64,000 nt of DNA from Zootoca vivipara. Taxonomy: Eukaryota. Below, in pieces: positions 13,067 through 26,511 of this stretch (positions within the stretch are counted from its first letter, which is position 1; every line of letters begins with the position of its first letter). The notes beneath the pieces were generated by a model. That model ran no database searches and was not told the DNA's origin. It was given only the letters and a program-made list of their open reading frames with translations. A program made the translations under genes and the position numbers. The stretch covers positions 29,326,001 through 29,390,000 of the forward strand of contig NC_083279.1 in assembly GCF_963506605.1 (NCBI RefSeq), read 5' to 3'.

Positions 13067-13185
13067 TCATAGAATTGTAGAGTTGGAAGGTACCCAAGGG
13101 TCATCTAGTCCAGCTGAAACATCCATGACAGATGGCCATCCAGCTCTGCTTAAAAACCTCCAATGAAGGAGAGTCCACAACCTTT
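13067..13185 (-). mobile_element. CR1 3' fragment
   Basis: TCATAGAATTGTAGAGTTGGAAGG..GGTCATCTAGTCCA..GAAGGAGAGTCCAC. Confidence 0.75.
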
Positions 13186-13284
13186 CTATAGAGATGACTG
13201 ATCATACAAATCTGTAGCACTCTCATGATGCAGTTTTTGGCTTATGGGTTTAGTATCGAAGCAAGATTGATATCTCAATTAGGT

Positions 13285-14070
13285 CTCTGGACTTCTGGTC
13301 TGCTGCGGAGGGAATGGCGGCGCGCTCCATGTCATCCAAGTAAAGGAAGACATGGTTCTGGCTGTAAGGGCTCTGGAGGCAGCGCCAGGGCTAGGTGCCC
13401 CTCGGAAAAAAATCCCATGGATGAGTGGGTATCCCAGGGGTCCCCCAGAGCATGGAAGAACTTGCCAAAACCCCTGATCTCCCTGCCGCCATTTTCGCGA
13501 GGAGGGAAGGGAAAGAGGCTTGAGTCCGCGCATGGCTCCATCGCACCCTACATGCTGTCACCGTAAGCAGTAGATCTTCCAATTAGAGGTAAAACCAAAT
13601 AAAGCTTTAAAGAAGAGAATATGGCATAAATGAACTGATTTGGTAAAACGGAAGCCAAAAACGAAGTCAGCTTCCGATTTCTGTGGACAGGCTCTGCAAG
13701 GGAACTTTTTGTGAATGGGAGCAGAGCAGAGCAATTGAAGCTAATGGAGACTTTCTTTTTTTAAAAAAGTAAATTGCAGTTTCAAGAGACTCTTTCTTAT
13801 GGATACATATTGACTACAGTGGTGTCAGATTGCCCTTCAGAGGGTAATTTTGTGATATAAATTAACAGTCAATGGAGATATAATTTGACAGATTGATAGA
13901 AAGCAAAAAGACTGCTGTATGAAGAGATTGGATATACAGGCTTTAAAATCCCAAACCCTGGAATTTGGAGGCACAAAACCAAGGCTAAGCAGGAGAATTC
14001 TCTATACTGAGGGAGGAATCCCCCAGAAAGAAAAGAGAACCTGGAATAGCTGGAGTTGGATTGAAATATA
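13285..14070 (+). mobile_element. Possible decayed L1 5' UTR / ORF1 start
   Basis: GGACTTCtGG...GGAATGGCGGC opening and a GC-rich leader, followed by A-rich purine-skewed sequence. No intact ORF. Confidence 0.3.
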
Positions 14071-14094
14071 AGTGCTTACTGAGACCAGGGGACT

Positions 14095-14865
14095 TTATTG
14101 CAAGGAGCCCTTTCGGGGCGTTCATCCCGCTGCCACCTCTCGCAAGAGCAGGGTGGTAGCCACGGTTGCCCCTGCAAGAGGCGGCGGTGGTGGGATGAGC
14201 GCCCTGAAAGGGCTCCTTTCAGGGCGCTCATCCCAGCAGCGCCTCTCGCAAGAGCAGGCATCCTCCCCCCCCCTCACCACTTCCTTCCTTCCCTTCCCTT
14301 CCTTTTCTCTTCCCTCTCTCCCTCCCTTCCCCTCTCTCTTTCCCTCTCTCACCCCTCCCTCCCTCCCTTCTCTCTTCCCTCCCTCCTTCCTTTCCCCTCT
14401 CTCACTCTCTTTCACCCCTTCCTNNNNNNNNNNNNNNNNNNNNNNNNNNNNNNNNNNNNNNNNNNNNNNNNNNNNNNNNNNNNNNNNNNNNNNNNNNNNN
14501 NNNNNNNNNNNNNNNNNNNNNNNNNNNNNNNNNNNNNNNNNNNNNNNNNNNNNNNNNNNNNNNNNNNNNNNNNNNNNNNNNNNNNNNNNNNNNNNNNNNN
14601 NNNNNNNNNNNNNNNNNNNNNNNNNNNNNNNNNNNNNNNNNNNNNNNNNNNNNNNNNNNNNNNNNAGGCCTTTAAAGCGAGGCGAGTGGAGGGACGGATG
14701 GGAGCCCCTTCCGCCCCTCCTCCCAGGTAAAGCAAGCAAAGGGAGAGCAGCTTACATGCTCTGCACTGCTCTCGCTAGAAAATAATATTTGTTTTCTTGC
14801 TTTCCTCCTCTAAAAACTAGGTGCGTCTTATGGTCAGGTGCATCTTATGGGGTGAAAAATATGGT
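14095..14865. mobile_element. Tc2/pogo-like non-autonomous DNA transposon, right portion, spanning the gap
   Basis: Ends GGTGCGTCTTATGGTCAGGTGCATCTTATGGGGTGAAAAATATGG. Internal inverted GC-rich units (CCCTTTCAGGGCGCTCATCCC) and a CT-rich tract. Confidence 0.6.
14424..14665. other. Assembly gap (242 N)
   Basis: Run of N next to a low-complexity (CCT/CT) tract. Confidence 0.99.
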
Positions 14866-15867
14866 GCTTAAGGGGCAAAGTCATTCCACACATGTCATTT
14901 GTTTAAAGCTTATGTGTTACCCTTAACTGGAGACATTTCAGAACAACCTAAAAAAATTAAAATCACATAACCTTCTTTTCTCCTTGTGTGGAGGAACAAG
15001 ACGTACATAAGTTAATAGCTTACTTACCGCTTACTTGCCTTTTGATTGCAAACACTTCCAATGAGATTTCCTTCTGTTTCATTGTAAGTAGGAGATAAAA
15101 AGGTTCAGATAATCACCCTGAGAGTTCTATGCTTTTTTGCCACTTCAAATCAACTAATATAACAATGTAGTGTAAACCTACATGATCAGCTTACTTAGCT
15201 TGAAAATTTGTGAAGCTGTTTTAAATGTTTATAAATGAATTGTCCTCCTTTTTTCAGGGGAAAGCAGTTTGAATAAATAAATGTTCTTTATTTATTTAAA
15301 GTGTTTTAAGCTGTTTCTAATGCTGTGCCCTTACAAAGTGATATGCAGAGGAGTGAGAGACCAAGGTACAATTAGTCACAGCAGAACAGATGTGCAGATT
15401 AATGTGAGAAATTGCTCTGATGACACAAACAATTTATGGCATGACAGAGATGTTGCTTGTGCTGTGACCACAATCCAGATAAACTGGAATTCTTCCATAA
15501 TAAATCAACTTTTAGATCACGGGGAAATAGGTAACATACTTGTGTTCAGGGATTGCCTATTGAAGTACGGTATCTTGTCCTTGGAGCTGAGTAGCCAATC
15601 TAAATATTATTATGCAAAATAAGGTGACAGGATTATGGGCAATGCCAATGAAAGCTGCAGTTGGGGGACTCAGTAAAACCCTACATTAGTTGCTCCTCCA
15701 CTTAAAATACAGCATCTGTACATACTAAGTTGCTGAATCACTGAGTAATGTTCAGCTTCTTTCTAATGTACCAGATTTCATGCAAGGACAGTCAGAAGTA
15801 TGTCTCTTTCCCTTTTACAGTCCAGAATGCTACCATCTCATCCTGCATAATGCATAGAGAAGCTGTT

Positions 15868-16860
15868 GGATCCCTGTTGCCACTGTTATTTATCCTAATT
15901 AGAAATATCAATTAGAGAAATACAAAAAAAAATGATGAAACAACAGGAATTAGGGTTGGGCAGAGAGAGTACAAAGTGAAAACCCTTGCGGACAACGTTG
16001 ACATTGGAAAATCCAATGGAAAGCGTCCCAAGGATAATAGAAACTATAACAAAAATTGGCAACTTAGCAGCATTCTAACTTAGCAGCGCGGGTGGCGCTG
16101 TGGGTTAAACCACAGAGCCTAGGGCTTGCCAATCAGAAGGTCGGCGGTTCAAATCCCCGTGGCGGAGTGAGCTCCCGTTGCTCGGTCCCAGCTCCTGTCA
16201 ACCTAGCAGTTCGAAAGCACGTCAAAGTGCAAGTAGATAAATAGGTACCGCTACAGCGGGAAGGTAAACGGTGTTTCCATGTGCTGCTCTGGTTCGCCAG
16301 AAGTGGCTTTGTCATGCTGGCCACATGACCTGGAAGCTGTACGCCGGGTCCCTCGGCCAATAGAGCGAGATGAGCACCGCAACCCCAGAGTCGGTCACAA
16401 CTGGACCTAATGGTGAGGGGTCCCTTGACCTTTTTTATATAAATAAGGAAAAAGCAAAAATGATAGCTAAAAATATAGACTCACAGGCAAAAGAAAGACT
16501 TGAGAATATTACTGGAATTAAAACGGGGGGGGGGTAAATATTTGGGGATATGGATATCAGCTAAGAACTTAAACCTTTTCTAGGATAACTATGTTAAAAT
16601 CTGGAACGAAATAAAGAAAGATGTAGGAAAATGGACTAGAATGACTCTTTCTTTGTTAGGAAGAATATCTGCACTCAAAATGAATGTTTTTCCCAAGATG
16701 ATCTTTTTATTTCAATCACTGCCAGTGATAAATAGCCCAAACTGTTTCAAACAGTGGAAGAAAGACATAACAAACTTAATTTGGCGGTGGGGGGGACGAC
16801 CCCAAACCAAATTAAGTATAAAAATCTGATAGATGTAAGAGGGGGCTTTGCCCCTCTGAA
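15868..16860 (+). mobile_element. Decayed L1-clade ORF2 reverse-transcriptase fragment, interrupted by a SINE
   Basis: Broken translation LLPLLFILI..GIRVGQREYKVKTLADN..ENPMESVPRIIE..GNLA / INKEK..YLGIWI..W.RMTLSLLGRISALKMNVFPKMIFLFQSLP matches L1 RT motifs, with stops and frameshifts. Confidence 0.85.
16085..16434 (+). mobile_element. Sauria SINE inserted in the L1 fragment
   Basis: GCGGGTGGCGCTGTGGGTTAAACCAC head to GGGTCCCTTGACCTTT tail. Confidence 0.9.
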
Positions 16861-17041
16861 GACTTTCAGGCTCAGGAGTGAAAGAAGTGAACTTAATCAA
16901 AGGAATACATACTGACCAGGTGAGCAGCTGCATCCCTCAATAAATTATATACACCAGCTACCCAGGACTAAATGCCCCCCCCCCTTTAACCTTTCCGGTG
17001 AAGTGCCTTCAGAATTATCATAGAAGCACCAGGCTTGAGGT

Positions 17042-17132
17042 CATAGCTGCCAAGTTATCCCTTTTTTTAAAGGGATTTTCCCTTATGCTGAATAGGCTTC
17101 CTCGTGAGAAAAGGGAAAACATGGCAGCTATG
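17042..17132. mobile_element. Short hAT MITE
   Basis: TIR CATAGCTGCCA/TGGCAGCTATG; degenerate 8-bp TSD CTTGAGGT/CTTCAGCT. Confidence 0.75.
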
Positions 17133-19145
17133 CTTCAGCTCATAAGCATAGCCCTTTAAGCCGTGAATGCTATCTGCTGATTGGTGAAGTGTGGGCCAGC
17201 TTTCACAAGCAAAGTTGTTTCTCTTGTATAGCTCATGATTGGAGAAAGTTTGTCTGCTACACTTAAGCATGCAAGGATCTACATAGTTTAATTGAGCCCT
17301 ATATCTGAACAGAGATTTTGGGTGCAAATATATGAGACCTGAAGAGATCTATCATGTAAAAAACCAGCCACACGGATGAGAATTAGACCAGGGCTCTTTT
17401 GTTTTTGATATTTTTGCCTCAGTGCAAATGCATCACAGTATTATATAATTTTGCTTATGAGCTGTTGGTATGGAATTCAGAGGATAGTTTAGACATTTTT
17501 CAGGGCCATGTCATAAAAGAGTGGGTGTAGTAGTTATAGCCATATTAAAGGGAGGGTTGAAGCAAGCAAGCTCCACAGTGCCATTCAACAGTCAAATAAT
17601 TTATTTTGACTTAGTAAATGTTTTGTCATGGATGTATGCACCAAATGAAACTGGACTGATTTAATGCCCATGTTATGATTTTGCTTGAGTTAAGTAAACA
17701 CTCTCAGGCACTCACATGCAGACATTTCCTTCATTTGTTACTTGGTTACTGTAAACTTGTAAAACAACTTTACAGTATAGTAAAATGCAATAAACAGGTG
17801 TACAATTTAGTATGTCTAAATACAATTGGGGGCGGGGGCTTTTCCCAGTCTGGTTGCCTCCACATGTTTTGGACTACAACTCTCATCAGCCACAGCTGAC
17901 ATGCAGTAGTTGTAGTTTTGTAGCCCCAAATCTTTTCCGTGTACAGTATTCATTTAGTGGTTTGAAGAGTGAGTTGTGGGTTTTGGGAAGGTAGCATTTC
18001 TTAATCTTAATTTCTTAATCATTGGAAGGTATCTGACTTTTGCTCTTTATAAGGCGATACAGTATGCCTATGTATGGGATGTGGCTTGTTGAAGGAAGAA
18101 ATGATTTGTGAATCAAAGTTGTCATGAAATGTGGCTAAACTTTATGGTTTGAGTGCAGTATGGCATCCCTTTAGAGCCATATTGGAAAAATAATTGTGTT
18201 GCTGCAGATGTATTTGCATCCACGAGACTGATTTAAACTCTGTACTAGGGTTTCTTCCAATACCATATTGTATTTTGGAACTCTGCTTTCGTTATGACTT
18301 TTTGTGTATGATTATTTTATATTGTGTATTTTTTATTCTTGTCAGTCACTTTTGTACCTATTAGATTAAAAACCTGGTATATAAACAATAGCAAACTGTC
18401 CCAGGTGCCTCTTCTAAATTTATGTATTTTGTGGAAAGTATATGAGAAAGGATGGGTATAATTATTTTCTCCATAACACTTAGTAATTGAGTTATCAAGA
18501 AACCCTATTTCTGTCTCACCATCTCGATGAATAATTCAATACGTTGCACTATTTGCATTGGATAAATTACGGTTACTCTGTCTGTAAAAAAAAAAACCCC
18601 ACATGATTATATGCTTTTATGAGGAACCCTTTTCTCATTTTAGTGAGAAGAAGTGTATTCTATTAAATTTCAGTTTAAGATCTTCCCTATTATAGCACTA
18701 GAATGATGGAATCTTTTAATCAGGCAGCTTGTCTTTGGCAGCTTTTCAGTGCTATTCTTGTGGCAATTGAGAGGCTATTCTGTATTTCCAAGTCTGAATA
18801 ACAATGGGCTAGAGTGAAAATGGCAGTGTTGCTTGGTTACATTTCATCGCTTGGGAATCAATGCTCCACATGGCTGGATCCAAACTCCAAGGAGATTTCT
18901 CAATAATTTATTAGTGTTATGTGAGTGAGTAATGTCATATCTTAATTATTGTAGAAATATCTTTCCAATTCACTCTGCAAATTAAAGGGTGGGGTTTTTT
19001 TACCCTGTAAAAGTGTCTGTTTTGGTTCAATATCGCTTTTTCACTTGCCTTACATAGTTTAGGTTTTACTTGTTCACACTTTGGAGCTCTAAGTTTTAAT
19101 GATAATTTTCTTCGGTTGAGGATTCAGGGCTGACGTGCTATGTAA

Positions 19146-19515
19146 TCTATATATATAAAATTGTAAAAATCGTGAAACTGCAGGTTCCACTTTTCTCCGT
19201 AACCGCTTGACTGATCGTCCTGAAATTTTGACACAACGATCCAGGCCACTCCCCGAGCGTTGTTGGGGACAAAAATCCCTCAAATCACACACCTGGGCAG
19301 GTATAGACCTGGTTTTCCACCAAGTCAAACAGCGCTCTCAAGTGGCGTTATACCCTCCTCCACCCCCTCCCTCCCTGTGAAATCTAAGCCACACCCACAA
19401 ACCAAATGACATCATCAACCAAGCAATGAAAATCTTTATCACTTCAGGGAATTTCTTCTGTTCTTTCTTCACTTGATGTACTTCTGTTTCTAAGCAAGTG
19501 AGTTTGACAGTCTAG
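19146..19515 (+). mobile_element. Non-autonomous Helitron (older)
   Basis: A|TCTATATATATAAAA 5' end, AACCGCTTGACTGATCGTCCTGAAATTTTGACAC motif, and 3' TTGACAGTCTAG|T with a degenerate subterminal hairpin. No TSD. Confidence 0.55.
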
Positions 19516-21879
19516 TCGCAATGCACTTATTTTTTAAATCTGTTCAATTAAAAGTTAATTGAGCAAGTTAGAAGTTAATAAGTGCACTCTAATACTACAT
19601 CAAAACCAGGGATCATGGTTTGTTCCGCTCCAAACACACCAAAAGGATAGCCCAAGGTTTGTTCTTTACTTTCTGATCATGATTTATTTACCTAAAAGTA
19701 GGTGGCTGGTTTGATTGGCAAATTTCACACATTACAGTAACCTGTAGTTAATGGTTTGCTGTACATGAGTGAATGTGTTTAGGATGGGGGTCAGCAGGTG
19801 CAAATCCCTGTGCCAAATCTGCCCCCTCCCAATTGCCAATACAGAAGCGAGAAGGGCAGAGAGGGAGAGACATTTCTGAATTTTTGTGGGTACTAACAAG
19901 TAACTTGGGTAGTGTGAGTTGTGACCTTTTTCACAGATTAGCCTTCCATCAAAAGTAGTTACTTTTGACAGATTTAGGGAAAAGGCACACAAAAACAAAA
20001 ACAATAAAACTGTTAAAAAATAAGTGCAAACATTTAGTGCAAACTAAATTAATCCCCTCTAATTTAGTTCTTTTTTCAAATCGACAGAACAAATCCCTGC
20101 ATGATTTTCTTTGCACAAAGCCTGTTATTAAGTTTGTAATTTCGTTTTGAGGCTCCTACATTATTTTTCAGGATATGTGCAAGGGTTTATATATCCTTTA
20201 TTTCCAAGGAACTGAGAAGACTGCATAAGCTTCCTGGGCAACATCTAAGAATTCAGGTCAGGAACTCCCTCCCTGTTTCCTAGCAACTCATAGTGGTGCT
20301 TTCTCCTTTGACTGAAATCATTCAGAGGCAGATACCAGGATCATTTGCAGGGCCCAAGGCAATGTTGTGCATACACTTGAGTCAGCACAGTAGCATAGCA
20401 TGACGTCTGACTTTCTGAAAAGGCTGTGCCTCTTAACTTGAATGGACTCAACATTACTTTGGGAACCCTTTCCTGTGAACTTGAAAGTACCAGCCTTTTG
20501 CTTTTATTCCTCTTCAGCTGATTGGCAAGGTGAGGGATTTGTCTCTAAATTCTTGTAGCCCTTCATGTTTTACGGAATCTGACAAAACAAAATACGTATG
20601 CAGGTAAGCAGTTGGAGAGAAAGTGCTGCTATTGATCTAACTGAAGGGTAACTTTGTAATGTGTTAATGGATTTATTGTTTACGCAGGCAAATAACACTG
20701 AGCGGTGCAAACGTTGTTCTGTTGTACTTAGTTTCATCAGGTGGTCCGTCACTTTTGCTTGTTGCATCCCTAGTGCAGAAAACAACCTTCATTCTGGTTA
20801 TAGGATACGATTAATGAAAAATAGCTAGTGTTCAGTGCTAAGCAGTTTTCATTCCCTCCACAGAAAGTGTTACATTGGGGGTTACAACAATATATTTGGT
20901 GTTTCACAATTCTGTAATTATTTGCTCCAATGATCGACATGAATTTCTGTTCTTTTAAGAATACTTTGAATTAACTGCTTTCCAGCTTCATCTAGCTTAT
21001 TTACTTTATGATTAATGGAATATAGACTGTTCTTATGTTTGCTCTTTTTTTTTACCGTAGTTTATTTAATAATTGACAAAAATGTATTAAACTTAAAACT
21101 TTTTGTTGTTGTTGATATCCAAAATGAATGCTCATCTAGATGATTAGTTGTATAATAACACCCTCTAACTACTTTAGCCTTTGCAGAGTGGTTTCATAAG
21201 GGAAAGTAGTGTGGTAGATAGCCCATTGGTAGTAGAATGACATTTCTGCGAGGTTTTAGCTTTGCCAAGTTAGGAGAAGAGCATTCCCCACTACGGGGAA
21301 AATTGCAAGCTTGTGCACTTATCTGCTAGAGAGAATGAGTATGTTGTGAGCACAGAATATGAGAAAGGAAATGGATCCTGCAGGGAAGAGGGGATAGCTT
21401 TCCTGTTGTTTGAACCTTTTCTTTAAACTGCTGTATGGTCATATGTATACTTTTTGGTGCTAAGGTGGAAGGGGGATCTGCTTAGCAGGGCCCCTGGCTC
21501 TTGCACTTCCTCAGTCCCTGTGCACCACTTCAACAAGTGGGCAGGGCCACCCCCATCTGCCCTCTTTCCAGAACCCCCAGTGGCACCAGGTTGTGGGTGT
21601 TTCCCAAAGGGTGTATCTAGGTGCAAAAGGTTAGGTCACAATCCACAGCCAAGGTTCAAAGCAGAAAACAATACCCCAGGTCCAAGGTCAGGGCCCAGAG
21701 CATGCTTCCAATTTTTAATTCAGAAAAAAACATATGCTGTCAAACATTTGTACAGTACTTCAGTAAAACAGGGGTCATTGTGTTTAAACAGTGCGTGAGA
21801 GTCTCTGGCAATGTGATCTGTTTTAGGTCTGATGCTCTACTTATGCCTCTGGCAGTCTGCTACACACATAAGGTGACTA

Positions 21880-22152
21880 CAGCGGTGCCTTGCTAGATGA
21901 ATTTAATTCGTTCCACAGGTCTTTTCTTATAACGAAAAATTCGTCTAGCGAATCCCATAGGAATGCCTTGAATTTTTTTTGCCCATAGGAACGCATTAAT
22001 TGAATTTAAATGCATTCTTATGGGAAACCGCGATTCGCTAGACGAATTTTTCGTAAAACGCATTCGTCAAGCGAGGCAACCTCCGCTCGAAAAATCCTTT
22101 CGTTAAGCGGAAATTTCGTTAAGCAGGGCATTCATTAAGCGAGGCACCACTG
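21880..22152. mobile_element. Tc1/mariner (Tigger-like) MITE
   Basis: TA|CAGCGGTGCCTTGCT...AGCGAGGCACCACTG|TA. Confidence 0.85.
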
Positions 22153-23454
22153 TATTGTGTCAACTCCTGCTATATGCAGTGATATATGCTCACCATGAAC
22201 ACCTCCCTTGTTCTCTTTTAATGGCAATGGGGTCCACCTGAGAGATGTCAGAACTGAGTTCCAGCTGGAAAAAAAATGTGTATATTCTTCAGAAGTGGAA
22301 ATGAAGACATAATGTTCAAAGAAGTTAAAAAATGCATAATGATGGAGCATCAAAGAAGTTAAAAGTGGGTAGTAATGCATGCCGGTAACAAAAAAGAGTT
22401 TAAAAACATACAGTGTAGGACCATGCAGTATTGCCATTTTAAAAACTGCCTTTAGATTTGGCTTGACTGCTAACAACTGATACTAATTCATCGGCAAGGA
22501 AGACCAATTCGGAATGCAGGTCACACCTATCTGCCAGGGTGGAGGCTGAGACCCATATTCTATCTGAGAGATTGAGAGCATCTTGTGTGTCAAGAGAAAG
22601 GAAAAAAAAGCTGGTAGTTTTGAATTTCAGAAGAGGATAAAGGAGCCTTTGAACTTGCTCAAAAAGGTTGATGAGACTTTCTGGCTGCCCCCATTTTGCT
22701 TATAGGAGGATAACTGGGATGCTAGACTGATCTTGCATGAATAGCAACAGCAGTTTTTCCACTCAGCACAACCTGTACTCTTGGAAATAAAAAAAGGTTT
22801 GTTACAAAGGGCTCCATAAATGCGCCTAACTCTTTTCACAAGAGGACTGAACTTTAAAATGCATTCTTTGTTGTTACCTGCCATTCTACTTCCTGCTGAT
22901 CTCTCCTTTGGCTGCCTGTATATTTAGAATTTCACTGTACTGTTGGATTGATTATTTCCCCCCTTGCTATTTGTTTCCTACAATAGAATGGTTAGCTAAC
23001 TTTCATGAATGTGAGAAAATGTTATTGGGTGTAGTCCTATAAATCTTACGAGGTATGCCTACATCCCATTCATATCCATATGTGTTTAAGTCCTGGTAGT
23101 TTCAGTGGGACTTAGGTGTGTCTTAAGTTTTCTCTGAATTGCACTACTCTTTGTTCTCTTTAAATATAGAGTGAATAGGGAAAGGAAACTGCTTCAAACA
23201 TAACATACAGGTGCAATGAAGGAAATACTTCTACGAAAAATGGGGTATGGTGCCCTTTTAAAAAGGGTTCATAAAAGGAACACCTGTTCGTTTTTAGGAT
23301 AATTACATAGAAGTCCTTCTAAACTGAAATATTTATACCAACAATAATTGAGCTAGAATAGATTGAAAAGTATTAGAGAGCTTTTTTTGTCTCTAAAATA
23401 CATTCTTTTTTCATGTTCAATTCCTGAGGGTTTTTTTTTTTTTTTAAATGTATA

Positions 23455-23680
23455 CAGTAAGCCTGCAATTTACATGGGGGTTACATTCCAGGGATTGTGC
23501 CTAAAGCCAAAGTCACATATAGTCAAAATACATTGGGTTCAATGGTGGGTGGGATTGCCAAAAAAAATTTTCCTCGATGCCCATCCCCTTTCTGCCCCCC
23601 CTTTTTGTTTTCAATTATTTTGCCAAGCACGTAAATCTGAATGCACACAAGTTAAATGTGCGTAAGTTGCAGACTTACTG
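23455..23680. mobile_element. Tc1/mariner (Tigger-like) MITE
   Basis: TA|CAGTAAGCCTGCAATTTAC...GTAAGTTGCAGACTTACTG|TA. Confidence 0.8.
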
Positions 23681-23799
23681 TATAGACTGAATTAGAGTGA
23701 ATGAATATGTTAGTTTAAAACAGTCACTGATGATGTTATTACCACAGTCTCTGTACTTTCTGCATTTCATTTTTCTCTGACCTCATTTCATAACACTTC

Positions 23800-23880
23800 A
23801 TGCATCTGATGAAGTGGACTCTAGTCTGTAGATGCGTATGCGAAAATAAATTTGTTGGTCTTTAAGGTGCCACAAGGCTA
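23800..23880 (+). mobile_element. Penelope-like element 3' remnant
   Basis: ATGCATCTGATGAAGTGGACTCTAGTC...AATAAATTTGTTGGTCTTTAAGGTGCCAC. Confidence 0.6.
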
Positions 23881-24686
23881 GTTTAATTTTCAAACTTGCT
23901 ATCACTTGTTTACCTCATTAAACATAAGTGGTTTGGGTTTCTATTGAAGGATGGGAAAAGGTTTAAGGGTTTTTTTTTTTGTGTGTGTGTGTGTCCTAGA
24001 ATATGGTCTACAAGCTGTATTCAGGTGCTAAAGCATTCAAGAGTTGTTTCTGAGTGGGAATGAAGCAGGTGGAAGAGGTGATGAAACACAGAAACGTGAT
24101 ACATCTTTTTGCATAGAGTTACAGGTTAATAAGCTCTGAGTTGTTCTGCTTTCCATTAGATCCTTGGGGAGTTGGTGAAATGAGGGAATGTGTTTACCAC
24201 ATAGTGCTTATTGTTAAAGTTAGTGGACTGTGCTGCCTGGGGAGATTTCAGTGGGCTCGGATCTTACTACCTGTGTTTCCACTTCCTAGATCGTGAGTAT
24301 CTGTGTGTCTATAGTGTTGGGGCACAGACGCTTGTTAGGCATTGGGGGGGGAACCACACACGCTGGGAACAGTGTGCTCTCTAAGTTCCATTTCAGACTG
24401 TTGCTCTACTCCTTTCACGTTGCAACCTATTGCTAGGATGACTAAGGAGGAGGTTCAGTAGCCTACTAGAGCTGCATACATTTCTTCCTTCTGAGCATTC
24501 CATGTGACTGTGGGTTCAAACCTTCTGCAGAGGGGGCAAGCAAAGTTGTGGCAATCAAGATGCTGAGGTGAGGTGGGAAATGGATTCATAGCAGAATATT
24601 AATGAACTGCAACACTTCAGGTATTCTGATATTCCATGCTATGCTAGCGCATGTCTTTCCACCGAGCCCCAAATACCCTGCAAATA

Positions 24687-25048
24687 AAAGGTAAATGGGG
24701 CCCCTGACCATCAGGTCCAGTCGTGTCCGACTCTGGGGTTGCGGCGCTCATCTCGCTCTATAGGCCGAGGGAGCCGGCGTTTGTCCACAGACAGCTTCCG
24801 GGTCATGTGGCCAGCATGACAAAGCTGCTTCTGGCGAACCAAAGCAGCGCACGGAAACGCCGTTTACCTTCCCGCCGGAGCGGTCCCTATTTATCTACTT
24901 GCACTTTGATGTGCTTTCGAACTGCTAGGTGGGCAGGAGCTGGGACCGAGCAATGGGAGCTCACCCCGTTGCAGGGATTTGAACCGCCGACCTTCTGATC
25001 AGCAAGCCCTAGACTCTGTGGTTTAACCCACAGCGCCACCTGGGTCCC
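24687..25048 (-). mobile_element. Sauria SINE, full length
   Basis: Near-identical to the copy at 8294-8647. Confidence 0.92.
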
Positions 25049-26158
25049 TATAGAACATAGTAATTTGCTACTTTTCCTGTAAAATTGTGAAAGTACTTGT
25101 TCAGTGTTTGTGAGGCAGAAATCTCAGAGTAATAGTGTATTCTCTGCTCTTTCTTCCTTGATTATCTTATTTTAAGATCTAATTAATGTAACCATTAACA
25201 CCTTTAAAATCTCTTTAAAAATGAAAAAATGTTCAAGGTCATGATACGTAATACCTACCTTGCCATGCAAGGGAGACGTCAATGCCTTGTGGTGTAGAGT
25301 TTTCCCTAGCCTGTAACTTTGTAGTGTATGGAAAGATGGGAAAAGAAAATCATTTGAAATAATGACGTAAGTGCTCTCTAAATACGGTGGCTTAGATCCA
25401 GACCAGCTGTTATGCAAACAGAAAGGTTCGTTCCTTTCTCGGAAGCAATTTGGATGTAGTGAAGACTCCTGCAATTGGCAGTAGGCGGTGGGGAGGATAA
25501 TTTCCACTGATTTTCCCTTTCCACTGATTTTCTACAGCCTTCACTGGGGCCAACTCTGGGGGGCTGTGGTTGCTTCGGCACCCACAATAATATATTTGTG
25601 GGGGCCACCCCCCACAAGTCAATGGGCAAAAGTGAATCTATCCCCCACTGCCCCCATTTCTTCACGTGAGGGAGGAGGAGCTGCCAAGTCTGGCTCTGCC
25701 GGTTCCTCCTCTTGGTCCTTACATTGTGGGCACCCACAGTCTTTGGCGTGAGGTGGCATCTATGACAGCCTGCATTGCCACCTCCTACAGTTTTCCATAG
25801 TTCTCCCCTATCTCTAGAGTCGATTTCTAAGGTCTGCAGGGGAAGAATTGGTGAAAACACAAGTGTCCAGTTTGTGGAGTTCTGCTCCATGCAACTCTGT
25901 GTCCAACCCATTCTTTGTGGGAAAACCCTACCGACGGGAGGTTTTGTACAAGGTAGGGGACATACTTTAGAGTAAACGTTGTTTAGGATTGCATTATAAA
26001 AGTGTGGCGTAGAGGGGACCAGGAGATGGTTGGAGGACACCAGATACCATAGCATTGCTGTGGCTAAACGGGATGGAATTTGTTAGCAATTCAAGCAGAA
26101 TATACTTTAAAGAACAACTTGGGCAAGTGAGCTGAGAAGGCCCTGGTTGGATCTTACC

Positions 26159-26511
26159 CAGGGGTCCCCATACTTACCGCACTTCAGGCCGGTGCCCAAA
26201 GCGCCGATCGTGAGGCAAGCCGGAGGGCGGGGGAGCGTGCGGGAGCGCATTCCCATACACATGCACACACACTATTTCCGGTGCACTTCCGGATCGCAGG
26301 AGCACTGGAAATAGCATGTGCGCATGCACACGGGCCTCCTGATCCGAAAGTGCGCCAGAAATGACGCTTGCGCATGTGCGCAAGCTATTTCCGGTCCTCT
26401 TTCGACCCGAAAGCAGGTGGTAAGAGCAGGTGGCGGCAGCGGGCGGCAGGTCCTGATAAATGAGGCCTTCGGGCCGTATCCGGCTCCCGGGCCATAGTCT
26501 GGGGACCCCTG
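26159..26511. mobile_element. hAT (Charlie-like) MITE, CpG-rich
   Basis: TIR CAGGGGTCCCCA/TGGGGACCCCTG; perfect 8-bp TSD ATCTTACC. Confidence 0.9.

Noticed and set aside
14072-14785. ORFs of more than 200 aa
   Set aside because: Artefacts of the N gap and a low-complexity CT tract.
25378-26055. 225-aa minus-strand ORF
   Set aside because: Overlaps a degenerate MITE (about 25545-25763), has no domain, and has no convincing splice or promoter context.
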